From: Methanosarcinales archaeon
Lineage (GTDB): Bacteria > Omnitrophota > Gorgyraeia > Duberdicusellales > 4484-171
Direction: 5' to 3'
Assembly (NCBI GenBank): GCA_048634245.1
Contig: JAIWAR010000002.1
Coordinates: 5,418-69,417 of the forward strand
Length of the DNA: 64,000 nt
This document shows, in pieces, positions 45,919 to 55,353 of the stretch (position 1 is its first letter; each line of letters starts with the position of its first letter). Below the pieces are notes generated by a model. It ran no database searches. It saw nothing but the letters and a program-made list of their open reading frames with translations, and was not told the DNA's origin. Both the position numbers and the translations under genes were made by a program.

Positions 45919-46717
45919 ATATTTTATAATTATTCCATGCTTTTGTCTTATACTTTTCCTTCAGAAAAAAAGCTACCTTTTCACTCTCTGAGAGTGAGAG
46001 CCCCCCCTGATTAAACTCTACCTTAAAGATAAATTCAAAACTTCGGGACAAAAGAGAACGCAAAAAGCAAAAGTCTAGAGTTTTACCCAAAGCCTCATTT
46101 AAAGATATTGCCCTCTCCTTAAGGCCATTTGACCCTTTTATAATCTTCCCAACATAGGTTGAGTCAATCTCCTGGGGAATGCTGCCATGCTGAAAAATAA
46201 TGTTTTTTTTACGCCGCTGGGCATTGCCGCCGATTTTTCTTCTGCCAATTAAAAGATCGAAATGCTGCCAGGTTGAAAAACAGGAACTTTTATATTTGCC
46301 CAGATTCTTTGAAACCTCCTGCATAGCCGGAAGTAAATCCTTAGCAAAATAAGCTTCCAACCCTAATTGATGATAAAAGTGCTTAAGAAAAGAACAAATT
46401 ATCCGGTAAGACTCTTTAACTCCCCCGGATAGATTTAAATCTTCTAAGGAACAAACTAAACTATAAGTAAGTTCTTTATGATGAAGAATAGCCGAGCCGC
46501 CGGTTATCCTTCTTACAAAAGAAATTTCCTCGCAAAGGTTTAAAACCTCCCGAGGATCTTGGTTATATCCCAGAGAAACAAAAGGTTCTTTCCATCCATA
46601 TACTCTTAAGGTAGGAGTTTTATGAGAACGGTAATTGGATAATATAGCCTCATCAACAGCCATATTATAGTAACCGTCACCTTTTTGATCTACAATCAGG
46701 CGCCAGGTTTTTCCCAT
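45905..46717 (-). CDS. Lipoate-protein ligase family (LipM-like octanoyltransferase)
   Basis: 'NMAVDEA', 'RRITGG', 'KIGGNAQ', 'QHGSI'. Confidence 0.85.
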   Translation of the reverse strand: MGKTWRLIVDQKGDGYYNMAVDEAILSNYRSHKTPTLRVYGWKEPFVSLGYNQDPREVLNLCEEISFVRRITGGSAILHHKELTYSLVCSLEDLNLSGGVKESYRIICSFLKHFYHQLGLEAYFAKDLLPAMQEVSKNLGKYKSSCFSTWQHFDLLIGRRKIGGNAQRRKKNIIFQHGSIPQEIDSTYVGKIIKGSNGLKERAISLNEALGKTLDFCFLRSLLSRSFEFIFKVEFNQGGLSLSESEKVAFFLKEKYKTKAWNNYKIFGNA

Positions 46718-48147
46718 TTTAAATCCGGAAATCTGGCTGCCCTTACTTCATCAACCCTTTTAACCGGCGCCAGGCGGGGGCAAGCCTTGACCTTTTCACA
46801 ATCGGTATCGATCTCCCTGTCAATATCAATCATGGTTTGAATAAAATAATCTAAGGTTTGCTTGCTTTCGGTTTCAGTAGGTTCTACCATCAAAGCTTCT
46901 TTTACAATTAAGGGGAAGTATATTGTGGGAGGATGAATGCCTGAGTCAATTAATCTTTTGGCAATATCCAGAACGGAAGCTCCTCTTTGTTTTTGCTTTT
47001 CACAGGTAAAAACAACTTCATGCATACATCTCTTAGGAAAAGCTACCTGGTAATGCTTCTTTAGCTTTTCTTTTATATAATTAGCGCAAAGAGTGGAATT
47101 TTGGGCTACCCGCAAAAGTCCATCCCCTCCTAAACGCAAAAGATAAGCATAAGCTCTTACTAAAACTCCAAAGTTACCGTAAAAGCTTCTCACTCTTCCG
47201 ATAGAATGCTTTATCGCATAGTCAAAATAAAACTTATTATTTTTTTTACCTATCAAGGGTGAAGGAAAAAAATCGCACAACTCCTCAATAGCCCCTACCG
47301 CGCCGGAACCAGGGCCGCCACAGCCATGAGGAGTAGAAAAGGTTTTATGCAAATTAAGATGAACTATATCAAAGCCCATAAGTGAAGGTTTTGTTATACC
47401 TAAAAGGGGGTTAAAGTTTGCCCCGTCATAATAAAGAAACCCCCCATTTCTGTGTATAATATCGCTTATAGCCAGAATATTGGTTTCAAATAATCCTAAA
47501 GTATTAGGATTAGTAAGCATAATAGCGGCTACATTCCCATCAACCAGCCTTTCCAACTTGCTAATATCTACCAACCCTTGAGAATCACTCTCAACCACTT
47601 GGACCTGATACCCGCACATTGCAGCAGTAGCCGGGTTTGTCCCATGAGCTGAATCAGGAATAATTACTTTGGTCTTTTTATTACCTTTAATCTCATGGTA
47701 CTTACGAATCATCAGAATTCCCGTTAACTCTCCCTGAGCACCGCTGGAAGGCTGAAAAGTAAACCTCTTCATTCCCGTAATCTCACAGAGTAACTCTTCC
47801 AGATTATAGATCAACTCTAAGGCACCGCTTAGAGCTTGCGGCTCTTGATAAGGGTGAATATCATTAAATCCCTCCAGCCCGGCCAATTCTTCGTTAATCT
47901 TGGGATTGTATTTCATGGTACAGGAACCCAGAGGATAAAAATTAGTATCGATGCAAAAATTTAATTCTGCTAAGTGTAAATAGTGACGGATAACATCCAG
48001 CTCTCCGAAACTAGGCAAAGGCAGCTCATCCCGGAGTATTTTTTTAGGAAAAATGTCCTCCAAATCCTGCAAAGGAATTTTAGGCGCGGCTAAATAAGTG
48101 GTTTTACCAAAACCTTTATCTTTATCAAATATAACCCCTTTATCCAT
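46696..48147 (-). CDS. gcvPB: Glycine dehydrogenase subunit 2
   Basis: 'PLGSCTMKYNP', 'HLNLHKTFSTPHG'. Confidence 0.95.
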   Translation of the reverse strand: MDKGVIFDKDKGFGKTTYLAAPKIPLQDLEDIFPKKILRDELPLPSFGELDVIRHYLHLAELNFCIDTNFYPLGSCTMKYNPKINEELAGLEGFNDIHPYQEPQALSGALELIYNLEELLCEITGMKRFTFQPSSGAQGELTGILMIRKYHEIKGNKKTKVIIPDSAHGTNPATAAMCGYQVQVVESDSQGLVDISKLERLVDGNVAAIMLTNPNTLGLFETNILAISDIIHRNGGFLYYDGANFNPLLGITKPSLMGFDIVHLNLHKTFSTPHGCGGPGSGAVGAIEELCDFFPSPLIGKKNNKFYFDYAIKHSIGRVRSFYGNFGVLVRAYAYLLRLGGDGLLRVAQNSTLCANYIKEKLKKHYQVAFPKRCMHEVVFTCEKQKQRGASVLDIAKRLIDSGIHPPTIYFPLIVKEALMVEPTETESKQTLDYFIQTMIDIDREIDTDCEKVKACPRLAPVKRVDEVRAARFPDLKWEKPGA

Positions 48148-49486
48148 GAAGCACCTCGGCTAAAGTATTAACAAAATTATCGATATCTTCCTTACTTTTT
48201 TTCTCGGTGCAACAGCTTAAAATACCGTTTTTATGCTGAGAGAACTTATCCCCCAGATAGTAACCGATAATAATATTCCGCTTGTAAAGTTCATCCTTTA
48301 CCCTCCAGGCATCTTCAGTCTCCCAGACAAATTCATTAAAGACTTGAGGCAGGTAGGGAATTTTCACCCCTCTTACTTGCTTTAGGCGCCGGTAAAGGTA
48401 TTGAGTATTATTTAAGGAATATAAAGCCGCCTCTTTTAACCCCTCTCTCCCCACCAGAGAAAGATAGATTGCCGCCGTTATCGCACATAAAGATTGATTG
48501 GAGCAAATATTGCTGGTGGCTTTTTCTCTTCTTATATGCTGCTCGCGAGTCTGAAGGGTAAGACAAAAGGCATCTTTCCCTTCTGAATCCTTAGTCTTAC
48601 CTACAATCCTTCCCGGCATCTGCCGTAAGTAATCTTTGCGGGCGGTTAAAAAACCAAAGGATGATCCGCCAAGGCCTAAACTCCCCCCTAAAGGCTGCCC
48701 GTCGCCACAAACAATATCCATACCTAAGGAGCCCGGCTCTTTAAAAAGTGCTAACGATAAAGGATTGGTAATCATAACGGTTAAAGCACCCTTAGCGCTT
48801 GCTATTGCCGCTAAATCTTCGGCATTTTCAATAAGGCCAAAAAAATTAGGGCTTGAAAACGCGCAAACCGCTGTATCCTCATTTAAGGTTCGCTCTAAAG
48901 CCTCCCTATTCACTAAGCCATTATCTCTTAAGCTTACCTCTTCAATAATAAAATCAAATCCGGCTAAGTAAGTGTAGAGTGTTTTTCTGTATTCGGGATG
49001 AATCACGCCGGCAAGAATAATCTTTCGGCGTTTAGTTATCCGCAAACTCATAAGCACAGCTTCAGCAAAAGAAGACGCGCCGTCAAGCATGGAGGCATTA
49101 GAAACATCCATACCGGTCAAAAGACACAAAAAACTTTGATACTCGTATATAGTCTGCAGTATCCCCTGAGAACACTCCGCTTGATAAGGAGTGTAAGCAG
49201 TTACAAACTGGGAACGGGAAAGGATAAACGACAGGGCTGCCGGGATATAATGGTCATAGCACCCGGCCCCTAAAAAGGAGTTAAGCTTATTTACTGTAGT
49301 ATTCTGCTCAGAAAGCCCTTTTACCGCCTTCCTTACTTCTTGCTCACTACAACCCTTAGGTATATTAAGAGGGTTGCCTAATCTTATCCTTGAAGGAATC
49401 GAAGAATAAAGCTTATCTATAGAGCTTACCCCTACAACTTTAAGCATCTTCCTGAGGTCTTCGTCAGTATTTAAAATATATGGCAT
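48140..49486 (-). CDS. gcvPA: Glycine dehydrogenase subunit 1
   Basis: 'TAYTPYQAE', 'REQHIRREKATSNIC'. Confidence 0.95.
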   Translation of the reverse strand: MPYILNTDEDLRKMLKVVGVSSIDKLYSSIPSRIRLGNPLNIPKGCSEQEVRKAVKGLSEQNTTVNKLNSFLGAGCYDHYIPAALSFILSRSQFVTAYTPYQAECSQGILQTIYEYQSFLCLLTGMDVSNASMLDGASSFAEAVLMSLRITKRRKIILAGVIHPEYRKTLYTYLAGFDFIIEEVSLRDNGLVNREALERTLNEDTAVCAFSSPNFFGLIENAEDLAAIASAKGALTVMITNPLSLALFKEPGSLGMDIVCGDGQPLGGSLGLGGSSFGFLTARKDYLRQMPGRIVGKTKDSEGKDAFCLTLQTREQHIRREKATSNICSNQSLCAITAAIYLSLVGREGLKEAALYSLNNTQYLYRRLKQVRGVKIPYLPQVFNEFVWETEDAWRVKDELYKRNIIIGYYLGDKFSQHKNGILSCCTEKKSKEDIDNFVNTLAEVLHG

Positions 49487-49505
49487 TGTTTTAACACTTA
49501 TTTAA

Positions 49506-49886
49506 TTATTTTTTCTCTTTCCCGATAAACTCTTCGTAAGCAGCTTCATCCATAAGATTATCTAACTCTACTTGATTCTCAATTTTAATTTTTGCTATCC
49601 AGCCTTGATCCAACGGAGACTCATTTATCCATTGAGGATTATTGCCTAGCTCATCGTTTGCTTGAATCACCTCGCCGCTTATAGGAGCATATAATTCACT
49701 TGCCGCTTTTGTAGACTCAATAGTTCCCAGCTGAGATAATTGTTTTATTCTTTCCCCAACTTTAGGCAGTTCAATGAAAACTATATCTCCTAACTGTCCC
49801 TGGGCATAATCAGTTATTCCTGTAGTGACTACATCGCCTTCAATCCTTATCCATTCATGAGATTTGGTAAATTTTAAGTCTGCCAT
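49506..49886 (-). CDS. gcvH: Glycine cleavage H protein
   Basis: 'HEW', 'GITDYAQ', lipoyl-Lys 'ESTKA'. Confidence 0.95.
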   Translation of the reverse strand: MADLKFTKSHEWIRIEGDVVTTGITDYAQGQLGDIVFIELPKVGERIKQLSQLGTIESTKAASELYAPISGEVIQANDELGNNPQWINESPLDQGWIAKIKIENQVELDNLMDEAAYEEFIGKEKK

Positions 49887-50987
49887 TTAAACCCTCCGCC
49901 CCTTTGTTCTAATATCTACAAAGGAAAATTTAGTCACCTCTGCTCTATATAATTTACTTCTTACCTCTAAGCTAACTTCTAAACCATATTTAGCATATTC
50001 TTTTTCAACATAAGCCATGCCGATGAATTTATCTATATTCGGTGAATATGTCCCGCTGGATACTTTGCCAATCACACTCCCCTCTGAACATAAAAGATAC
50101 CCTTGCCGGGGAACAGCGCGTTCCCGCATAATAAGCCCTATTCTCTTCTTTTTCAAACCTTCATCTTTTACTTTAAGAAGCTCTTTTTTACCGATAAAAT
50201 CTTTATTTAGCTTAACCGCCCAATCTAAACAAGCCTCATAGGGGTTAATGGTATCATCTATCTCGTGGCCGTATAAAGGATAACCGGCCTCGATTCGCAA
50301 GATATCCCGAGAGCCTAAACCGCAAGGCTTAAGCCCAAACTCCTTTCCCGATTCAGTTAGCCTATCCCACCACTGGATACCGCCTTCCCAGGGAAGATAT
50401 ATTTCAAATCCGTCTTCTCCGGTATAACCGCTACGGGAGATAATAATTTCCTGATCTCCTGCTTTCACCTTCTTAAAAGACAGGTATTTGAGCTTGGATT
50501 CTTCAAGCCCAAAAACCCTCTTTATGACTTCAGCAGAATAAGGCCCTTGAATAGATATAAGAGCTAAATTCCTGCTTCGATCAATTATCTCTACTTCAGG
50601 TTGAATATTCTCCTCAAACCACTTAAGCACCTTATCCTTGTTAGAAGCATTTACCACGCATAGAAAAGCTTCCTCTTGACGATAAACCATTAAATCATCG
50701 ATAATACCCCCGGATTCATTTAGAAAAAGATTATACTGCATCCGTCCAATATCAATCGTTGAGATATCATTAGAGGCAAGCTTTTGCAAAAAAGAAAAAG
50801 CCCTTTTTCCTTTTACTTCTATCTCCCCCATATGAGAAGCATCAAAAATACCACAGGCTAAACGAACAGCTTTAGCTTCGGCCAGCATACTCTTATATTC
50901 AGAAGGAAGGGCCCAGCCGGAAAAATCAACGATTCGTCCCTTATCTTGAAGATGCTTTTGATAAAAAGGGGTTTTTTTTAACTCCAT
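49887..50987 (-). CDS. gcvT: Glycine cleavage T protein
   Basis: 'FDASHMG', 'GYTGEDGFE', 'LRIEAG'. Confidence 0.95.
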   Translation of the reverse strand: MELKKTPFYQKHLQDKGRIVDFSGWALPSEYKSMLAEAKAVRLACGIFDASHMGEIEVKGKRAFSFLQKLASNDISTIDIGRMQYNLFLNESGGIIDDLMVYRQEEAFLCVVNASNKDKVLKWFEENIQPEVEIIDRSRNLALISIQGPYSAEVIKRVFGLEESKLKYLSFKKVKAGDQEIIISRSGYTGEDGFEIYLPWEGGIQWWDRLTESGKEFGLKPCGLGSRDILRIEAGYPLYGHEIDDTINPYEACLDWAVKLNKDFIGKKELLKVKDEGLKKKRIGLIMRERAVPRQGYLLCSEGSVIGKVSSGTYSPNIDKFIGMAYVEKEYAKYGLEVSLEVRSKLYRAEVTKFSFVDIRTKGRRV

Positions 50988-50988
50988 C

Positions 50989-51228
50989 TTAAGCGCACTT
51001 TGCTATCTGAATTACCTTATTTCTCTGCTTATCACCTTTAACAATAGTAATATTATATTTCTTGGTTTTGTAATAGCCCGCAAGCACTTTTATTAATTCT
51101 TTATTTGCTCTGCCTTGGGCCGCCGGTGAATTAAGGTACACCTTTAAACCTTGGAGAGAGGCTTCGATTTTTACTTTCTTAGCCCGGGTAACCACCCTCA
51201 CTTCAACTTTCACTATCTTTAACTTCAA
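50989..51228 (-). CDS. DUF167/YggU family protein
   Basis: 'SPAAQGRANKELI', 'IVKGDKQRNK'. Confidence 0.8.
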   Translation of the reverse strand: MKLKIVKVEVRVVTRAKKVKIEASLQGLKVYLNSPAAQGRANKELIKVLAGYYKTKKYNITIVKGDKQRNKVIQIAKCA

Positions 51229-52069
51229 TGGTATGCAGTTTAGAAGAAATCTTCTCTATCTTTCCGGTTAAATCATCGTACCTTGAACTTGCACTTCTTA
51301 TATGGGTACCTAAAATCGTGTAATCGCGCGTAAAAACAGCTACATCCTTTTCCAGCCGCTTTAAGTTATCGTAAATCTGCCGGGCTTTCTTCTCTACTTT
51401 TATTGCCTGAAAACCGATAAGAATAGTCTTTAGATACGCGTATAGGGTATTCGGCCCGACGATAAATACTTTTTTCTGATGAGCAAATTCTAAAAGTTGA
51501 GTCTCAGTAATGATAAAATAGTAAACTGCCTCTGAAGGAACATACATCAAGGCAAAATCACTTGTCCCTTCATCAGGATAAATATAAGCGGCTGCCTCAG
51601 CGATTCTCTTCTTCATGCTCTCCAGACAAAGCCGATATTGAGCCTTTTTCTCCGGTTGTGCGGCGTCAAGGTAATTCTTAAAAGCTTCCACAGAAAACTT
51701 CGCATCAATAGGTACAATTACCTCAGGAAGCTTAATAACAAAATCTACCCGCTTACCGTCCTTAAACCCATATTGAGATACAACCACCTCTTTCGGTAAA
51801 ATATCTTTAAGCAAGTTCTCTAAAATACTTTCTCCAAAAATACCTCTGGCTTTGGTAGGTTTTAAGATATCGTGGAAAGATTTAGTGAGCTGTAAAATTT
51901 CCTGGCTCCCCCGGTCTAAGCCACCTATTCTCTCGCAAATTTTAGAAAGCCCTTCAGCTACCGTTCTCTGAGAATTAAGAAAATTACTCTCTTTTCCTGA
52001 TTTAAAAATAAGGATAAAAAGGATAATAAGAATTACTGCCAGTATTATAAAAAGAAGATAGGTTATCAT
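51203..52069 (-). CDS. rmuC: DNA recombination protein RmuC
   Basis: 'RGIFGE', 'DFVIKLP', 'IDAKF', 'MYVPSE'. Confidence 0.9.
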   Translation of the reverse strand: MITYLLFIILAVILIILFILIFKSGKESNFLNSQRTVAEGLSKICERIGGLDRGSQEILQLTKSFHDILKPTKARGIFGESILENLLKDILPKEVVVSQYGFKDGKRVDFVIKLPEVIVPIDAKFSVEAFKNYLDAAQPEKKAQYRLCLESMKKRIAEAAAYIYPDEGTSDFALMYVPSEAVYYFIITETQLLEFAHQKKVFIVGPNTLYAYLKTILIGFQAIKVEKKARQIYDNLKRLEKDVAVFTRDYTILGTHIRSASSRYDDLTGKIEKISSKLHTIEVKDSES

Positions 52070-52073
52070 ATGT

Positions 52074-52162
52074 GTAGGGAGCAGGCATTGCTTGTGCCCG
52101 TCAGGGTATGCCGTCTGTTATTTAATATTTTTATTAACGGGCCGGTCATAACCGGCCCCTAC
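52074..52162. repeat. Inverted pair of GTAG-type REP elements (REPIN-like)
   Basis: GTAGGGAGCAGGCATTGCTTGTGCCCG ... CGGGCCGGTCATAACCGGCCCCTAC. Confidence 0.75.
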
Positions 52163-52166
52163 TATA

Positions 52167-52751
52167 TCATCTAAATTGATAATTTATCAATTTATAGATG
52201 TCTTTAGCCTCGGGCATCCTCCCCTCTCCATGAACACCACAGGCTAGCTCGCCCTTCCGGGGAAGCATGATAAGATATTTTTTTATTCCTCTCAACTTCT
52301 TTACATTCTCGTGAATTAGGGGATTCCGCCACATATTCTCGTTCATAGCCGGAGCTAACAGAACTTTTGTATCCGCGTTTAATGCTGATACAACTGTGGT
52401 AAGAAGATTGTCGCAAATACCAGCTGCAATCTTGGAAAGAGTATTAGCCGAAAGAGGAGCAATTACGCAAAGATGAGCCCATTGAGAGAGGCTTATATGT
52501 TGAATATTCTCCTCTTTTATTAACCTAAACATATCTACATATACCGGATTCTGCGAAAGCTCTTGAAAAGCCAGGGGGGAAATGAACTTTGTTGCAGCTT
52601 CAGTCATCATTACTTTGACCAAGTACCCATTTTTAATAAGCAAACGAACTAATTCGCAAGTTTTGTAGCAGGCGATTCCTCCGGTTACTCCCAGCAAAAT
52701 ATTCTTGCCCCCTGACGGGCACAGGTTCTCTCTATATTTTTTCTTTTCCAT
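52167..52751 (-). CDS. coaC: Phosphopantothenoylcysteine decarboxylase (stand-alone)
   Basis: 'GVTGGIA', 'HISL', 'APAMN', 'LACG'. Confidence 0.88.
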   Translation of the reverse strand: MEKKKYRENLCPSGGKNILLGVTGGIACYKTCELVRLLIKNGYLVKVMMTEAATKFISPLAFQELSQNPVYVDMFRLIKEENIQHISLSQWAHLCVIAPLSANTLSKIAAGICDNLLTTVVSALNADTKVLLAPAMNENMWRNPLIHENVKKLRGIKKYLIMLPRKGELACGVHGEGRMPEAKDIYKLINYQFR

Positions 52752-52818
52752 AGATAGGCTCTATTGTAATCTAAGTCTCCTTAATTGTAAACCCCAAAAG
52801 TTACGATTAAAGGCCTTT

Positions 52819-53445
52819 TTATTGTGATTTAGCTCTAAAACGAACAATCTTGCTTAAAGCCCCAAGAAGCATGTTTTTAGATTCTAAGGGAATAATCTCT
52901 TTGTCTCTATTGATTATAAATCCTTTATATCCGGTTTTCATATCGCTAAGAGCATTGGCAACCACGAAATCACTCTTATTCGCCTTTAGGCTCTTATAGG
53001 CTTTTTTTATAATTCCCTGCTGTTTTGGTTCTAACTTAAATTGGATAAGCAAAGAATTCGGAGCTTTGGCCCGTATCTGTTTTATAATTTTCTCGGTAGG
53101 GACTAATTTTAAGGCCATGGGCTTACCTGAGGAAATCTTCCCTTTTTGAGGAGACTTTATCTTATAATCACTAATTGCGGCACTATGAATAATTACATCA
53201 TAGCGTTGCTTTTTCATTACTCTGGTAAGTTCTTTCTTAAACTCTTCAAAATACCGGTAAAAAATGACCTTTAAACCCCTTATCTTGCCTAAACAATGGG
53301 GGTTTATAAGAAGAGTAACTGAATGGCCTTTTCTCTTTAGCCCTTTAGCCAGATACAGGCCGGTCTTACCGGTAAAACGGTTGGTAAGTATGCGAACATC
53401 ATCAATTTTAGCCCAGGTGGAACCCGCGGTAATTAGTATTTTCAC
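52819..53445 (-). CDS. coaB: Phosphopantothenate-cysteine ligase (stand-alone)
   Basis: 'ILITAGST', 'IDDVRILTNRFTGKTG', 'AAISDY', 'FKLE', 'VVAN'. Confidence 0.85.
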   Translation of the reverse strand: MKILITAGSTWAKIDDVRILTNRFTGKTGLYLAKGLKRKGHSVTLLINPHCLGKIRGLKVIFYRYFEEFKKELTRVMKKQRYDVIIHSAAISDYKIKSPQKGKISSGKPMALKLVPTEKIIKQIRAKAPNSLLIQFKLEPKQQGIIKKAYKSLKANKSDFVVANALSDMKTGYKGFIINRDKEIIPLESKNMLLGALSKIVRFRAKSQ

Positions 53446-55305
53446 TCAAAGCTCTCTTTTTCTTGTCGAAGATAGAATCAGCATCTTTAAAGCTTTTTTA
53501 TCCTTCATCCGCATCCAATTTTTATAAAAACTGTTCTCACGCACAATCTGGGCAATTGCCATTAATACTCTTAAATGAAAATTCCGCTCATCTATGGAAC
53601 CGGCGAGGACAAAAATAATCTGTACCGGATCTTCCCGGGGTGAGAATACTATTCCCTTGCGGGCCCGCACAAGCATAATTTCAAACTTATTTCTACCGGG
53701 AACAATAATATGAGGAATAGCCAAGCCCTTCTCAATCACCGTATCGGACTCCTCCTCTCTCCTAATTAACAACCCCTTAACCTGCTCGGGGCTAATTCCC
53801 AAACGCGAAGAAAGCATCTCAGATATAAGCGTAAAAAAATCATCCCGATTCATCTCTTCTCCTAAGTCTAAAACAGGAGAATTCTCTACCAGACGATCAA
53901 ATCTATCTTTTACTATTTTATCCCGTTCATGAAGGATTTCTTTTAATTCATCTTCTAAGGAAGTATCTACAAATTCTTTTGCCGTAACCCTTTCTACCAG
54001 GTGCATAAGCGCGGAATACCTCTTTATCTTGCTAACACTTAATCTAAAACAGATAAAACTAGCTCCGATAAAAAAGATACTTATAAATAGCGGTATCTTA
54101 CCCATCTTGAAAATTAAAACACTATAAATAATAACTGCAAAAATCTGAACCCAGGGATAAAACGGAGATTTAAAAGTGGGACGGTAATTTATAACCTTGC
54201 TTTCCCTCATTATAATAACTGAGAGGTTAACAAATATAAAAAGAAGAATCATAAGCGTCGAGGCTGTCTTTACCAAATCCTCGAGATCTAAAAAAAGTAT
54301 TAATACCAGCATAAACAAACCGGTAAAGATTATAGAAAAATAGGGAGTCCGGGACTTCTTGGAAACAAATGAAAATCGGGAAGGAAGTAAATCATCCTTA
54401 GCCATAGCCAGGGGTATGCGGGAAGAAGAAAGTATACCGGCATTAGCTGTGCTAATAAAAGCGGTTAAGGCGGCTAAAGAAATAATAATACCAAAACCTA
54501 TACCGCCCAATTTTAAGGCACCTTGAGTTAAGGGGGTAAAGGTAGAAGTTATTGCCTCAGACGGTAAAATACCAATAGTAACCCCGACACAAAGACAGTA
54601 AAGCACCTGAACAACAAAAAAAGATAAAAACATCCCCAGAGGAATAGTCAGAGAAGGGTTTTCGGTGTCTTCGGCAATAGAAGCAACTTTGGTAAGCCCG
54701 CCATAGGAGATAAAGACCATTCCTATTACTGACAATAAAGAACCTGTTCCTTTAGAAAAAAAAGGCTGAAAATTTTGCCAGGATATCTCCCTTATTCCCA
54801 GAATAATGTAGGTAATACAAGATAAAACAAGAAAGGTAACCATCAGGTTTTGAATACGAGCTGTAAGTTTAACGCTGAAAATATTTATTAATACAAAAAC
54901 TATACAAAATAATGACGCAATAAGTTTTACAAGAAAATACAACTGAGGGCCGCTTACAGAAGGAAGAAAATACTCCAAGAACACCCCTATACCTATCAAA
55001 GCAAAAGCGCTCTTTAGGCTAAGAGAAAACCAGCCGGCTAACCCCCCAAATATTCCCAGCAAAGGCCCAAAGCTTCGTTCAATGAAAAAATAGGTTCCCC
55101 CAGCCTTAGGCATCGCGCTTAAAAGTTCTGATTTGCTGAAAATAGAGGGAATCATCAAGATCCCGGCTAAAAAGTAAGCTAGGATAATCGAAGGCCCGCT
55201 ATATTTATATACGACAGCCGGAAGGATAAACAAACCCGAGGAAATCATAGTCCCGCTGGCCAAACAGAAAATATCCCAAAGATTAAGCTTTTGTACCGGC
55301 TTCAT
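53446..55305 (-). CDS. APC amino-acid permease fused to a PTS EIIA domain
   Basis: 'GTMISSGLF', 'PKAGGTY', TM helices; C-terminal 'RREEESDT...GLAIPH'. Confidence 0.85.
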   Translation of the reverse strand: MKPVQKLNLWDIFCLASGTMISSGLFILPAVVYKYSGPSIILAYFLAGILMIPSIFSKSELLSAMPKAGGTYFFIERSFGPLLGIFGGLAGWFSLSLKSAFALIGIGVFLEYFLPSVSGPQLYFLVKLIASLFCIVFVLINIFSVKLTARIQNLMVTFLVLSCITYIILGIREISWQNFQPFFSKGTGSLLSVIGMVFISYGGLTKVASIAEDTENPSLTIPLGMFLSFFVVQVLYCLCVGVTIGILPSEAITSTFTPLTQGALKLGGIGFGIIISLAALTAFISTANAGILSSSRIPLAMAKDDLLPSRFSFVSKKSRTPYFSIIFTGLFMLVLILFLDLEDLVKTASTLMILLFIFVNLSVIIMRESKVINYRPTFKSPFYPWVQIFAVIIYSVLIFKMGKIPLFISIFFIGASFICFRLSVSKIKRYSALMHLVERVTAKEFVDTSLEDELKEILHERDKIVKDRFDRLVENSPVLDLGEEMNRDDFFTLISEMLSSRLGISPEQVKGLLIRREEESDTVIEKGLAIPHIIVPGRNKFEIMLVRARKGIVFSPREDPVQIIFVLAGSIDERNFHLRVLMAIAQIVRENSFYKNWMRMKDKKALKMLILSSTRKREL

Positions 55306-55353
55306 ACTTAAAAATCATACCATAGCCGAGGATAAACCTCAACCAAAAGGACT

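Noticed and set aside
50987-51230. Glycine riboswitch before gcvT
   Set aside because: No intergenic space; the DUF167 gene ends 1 bp upstream.
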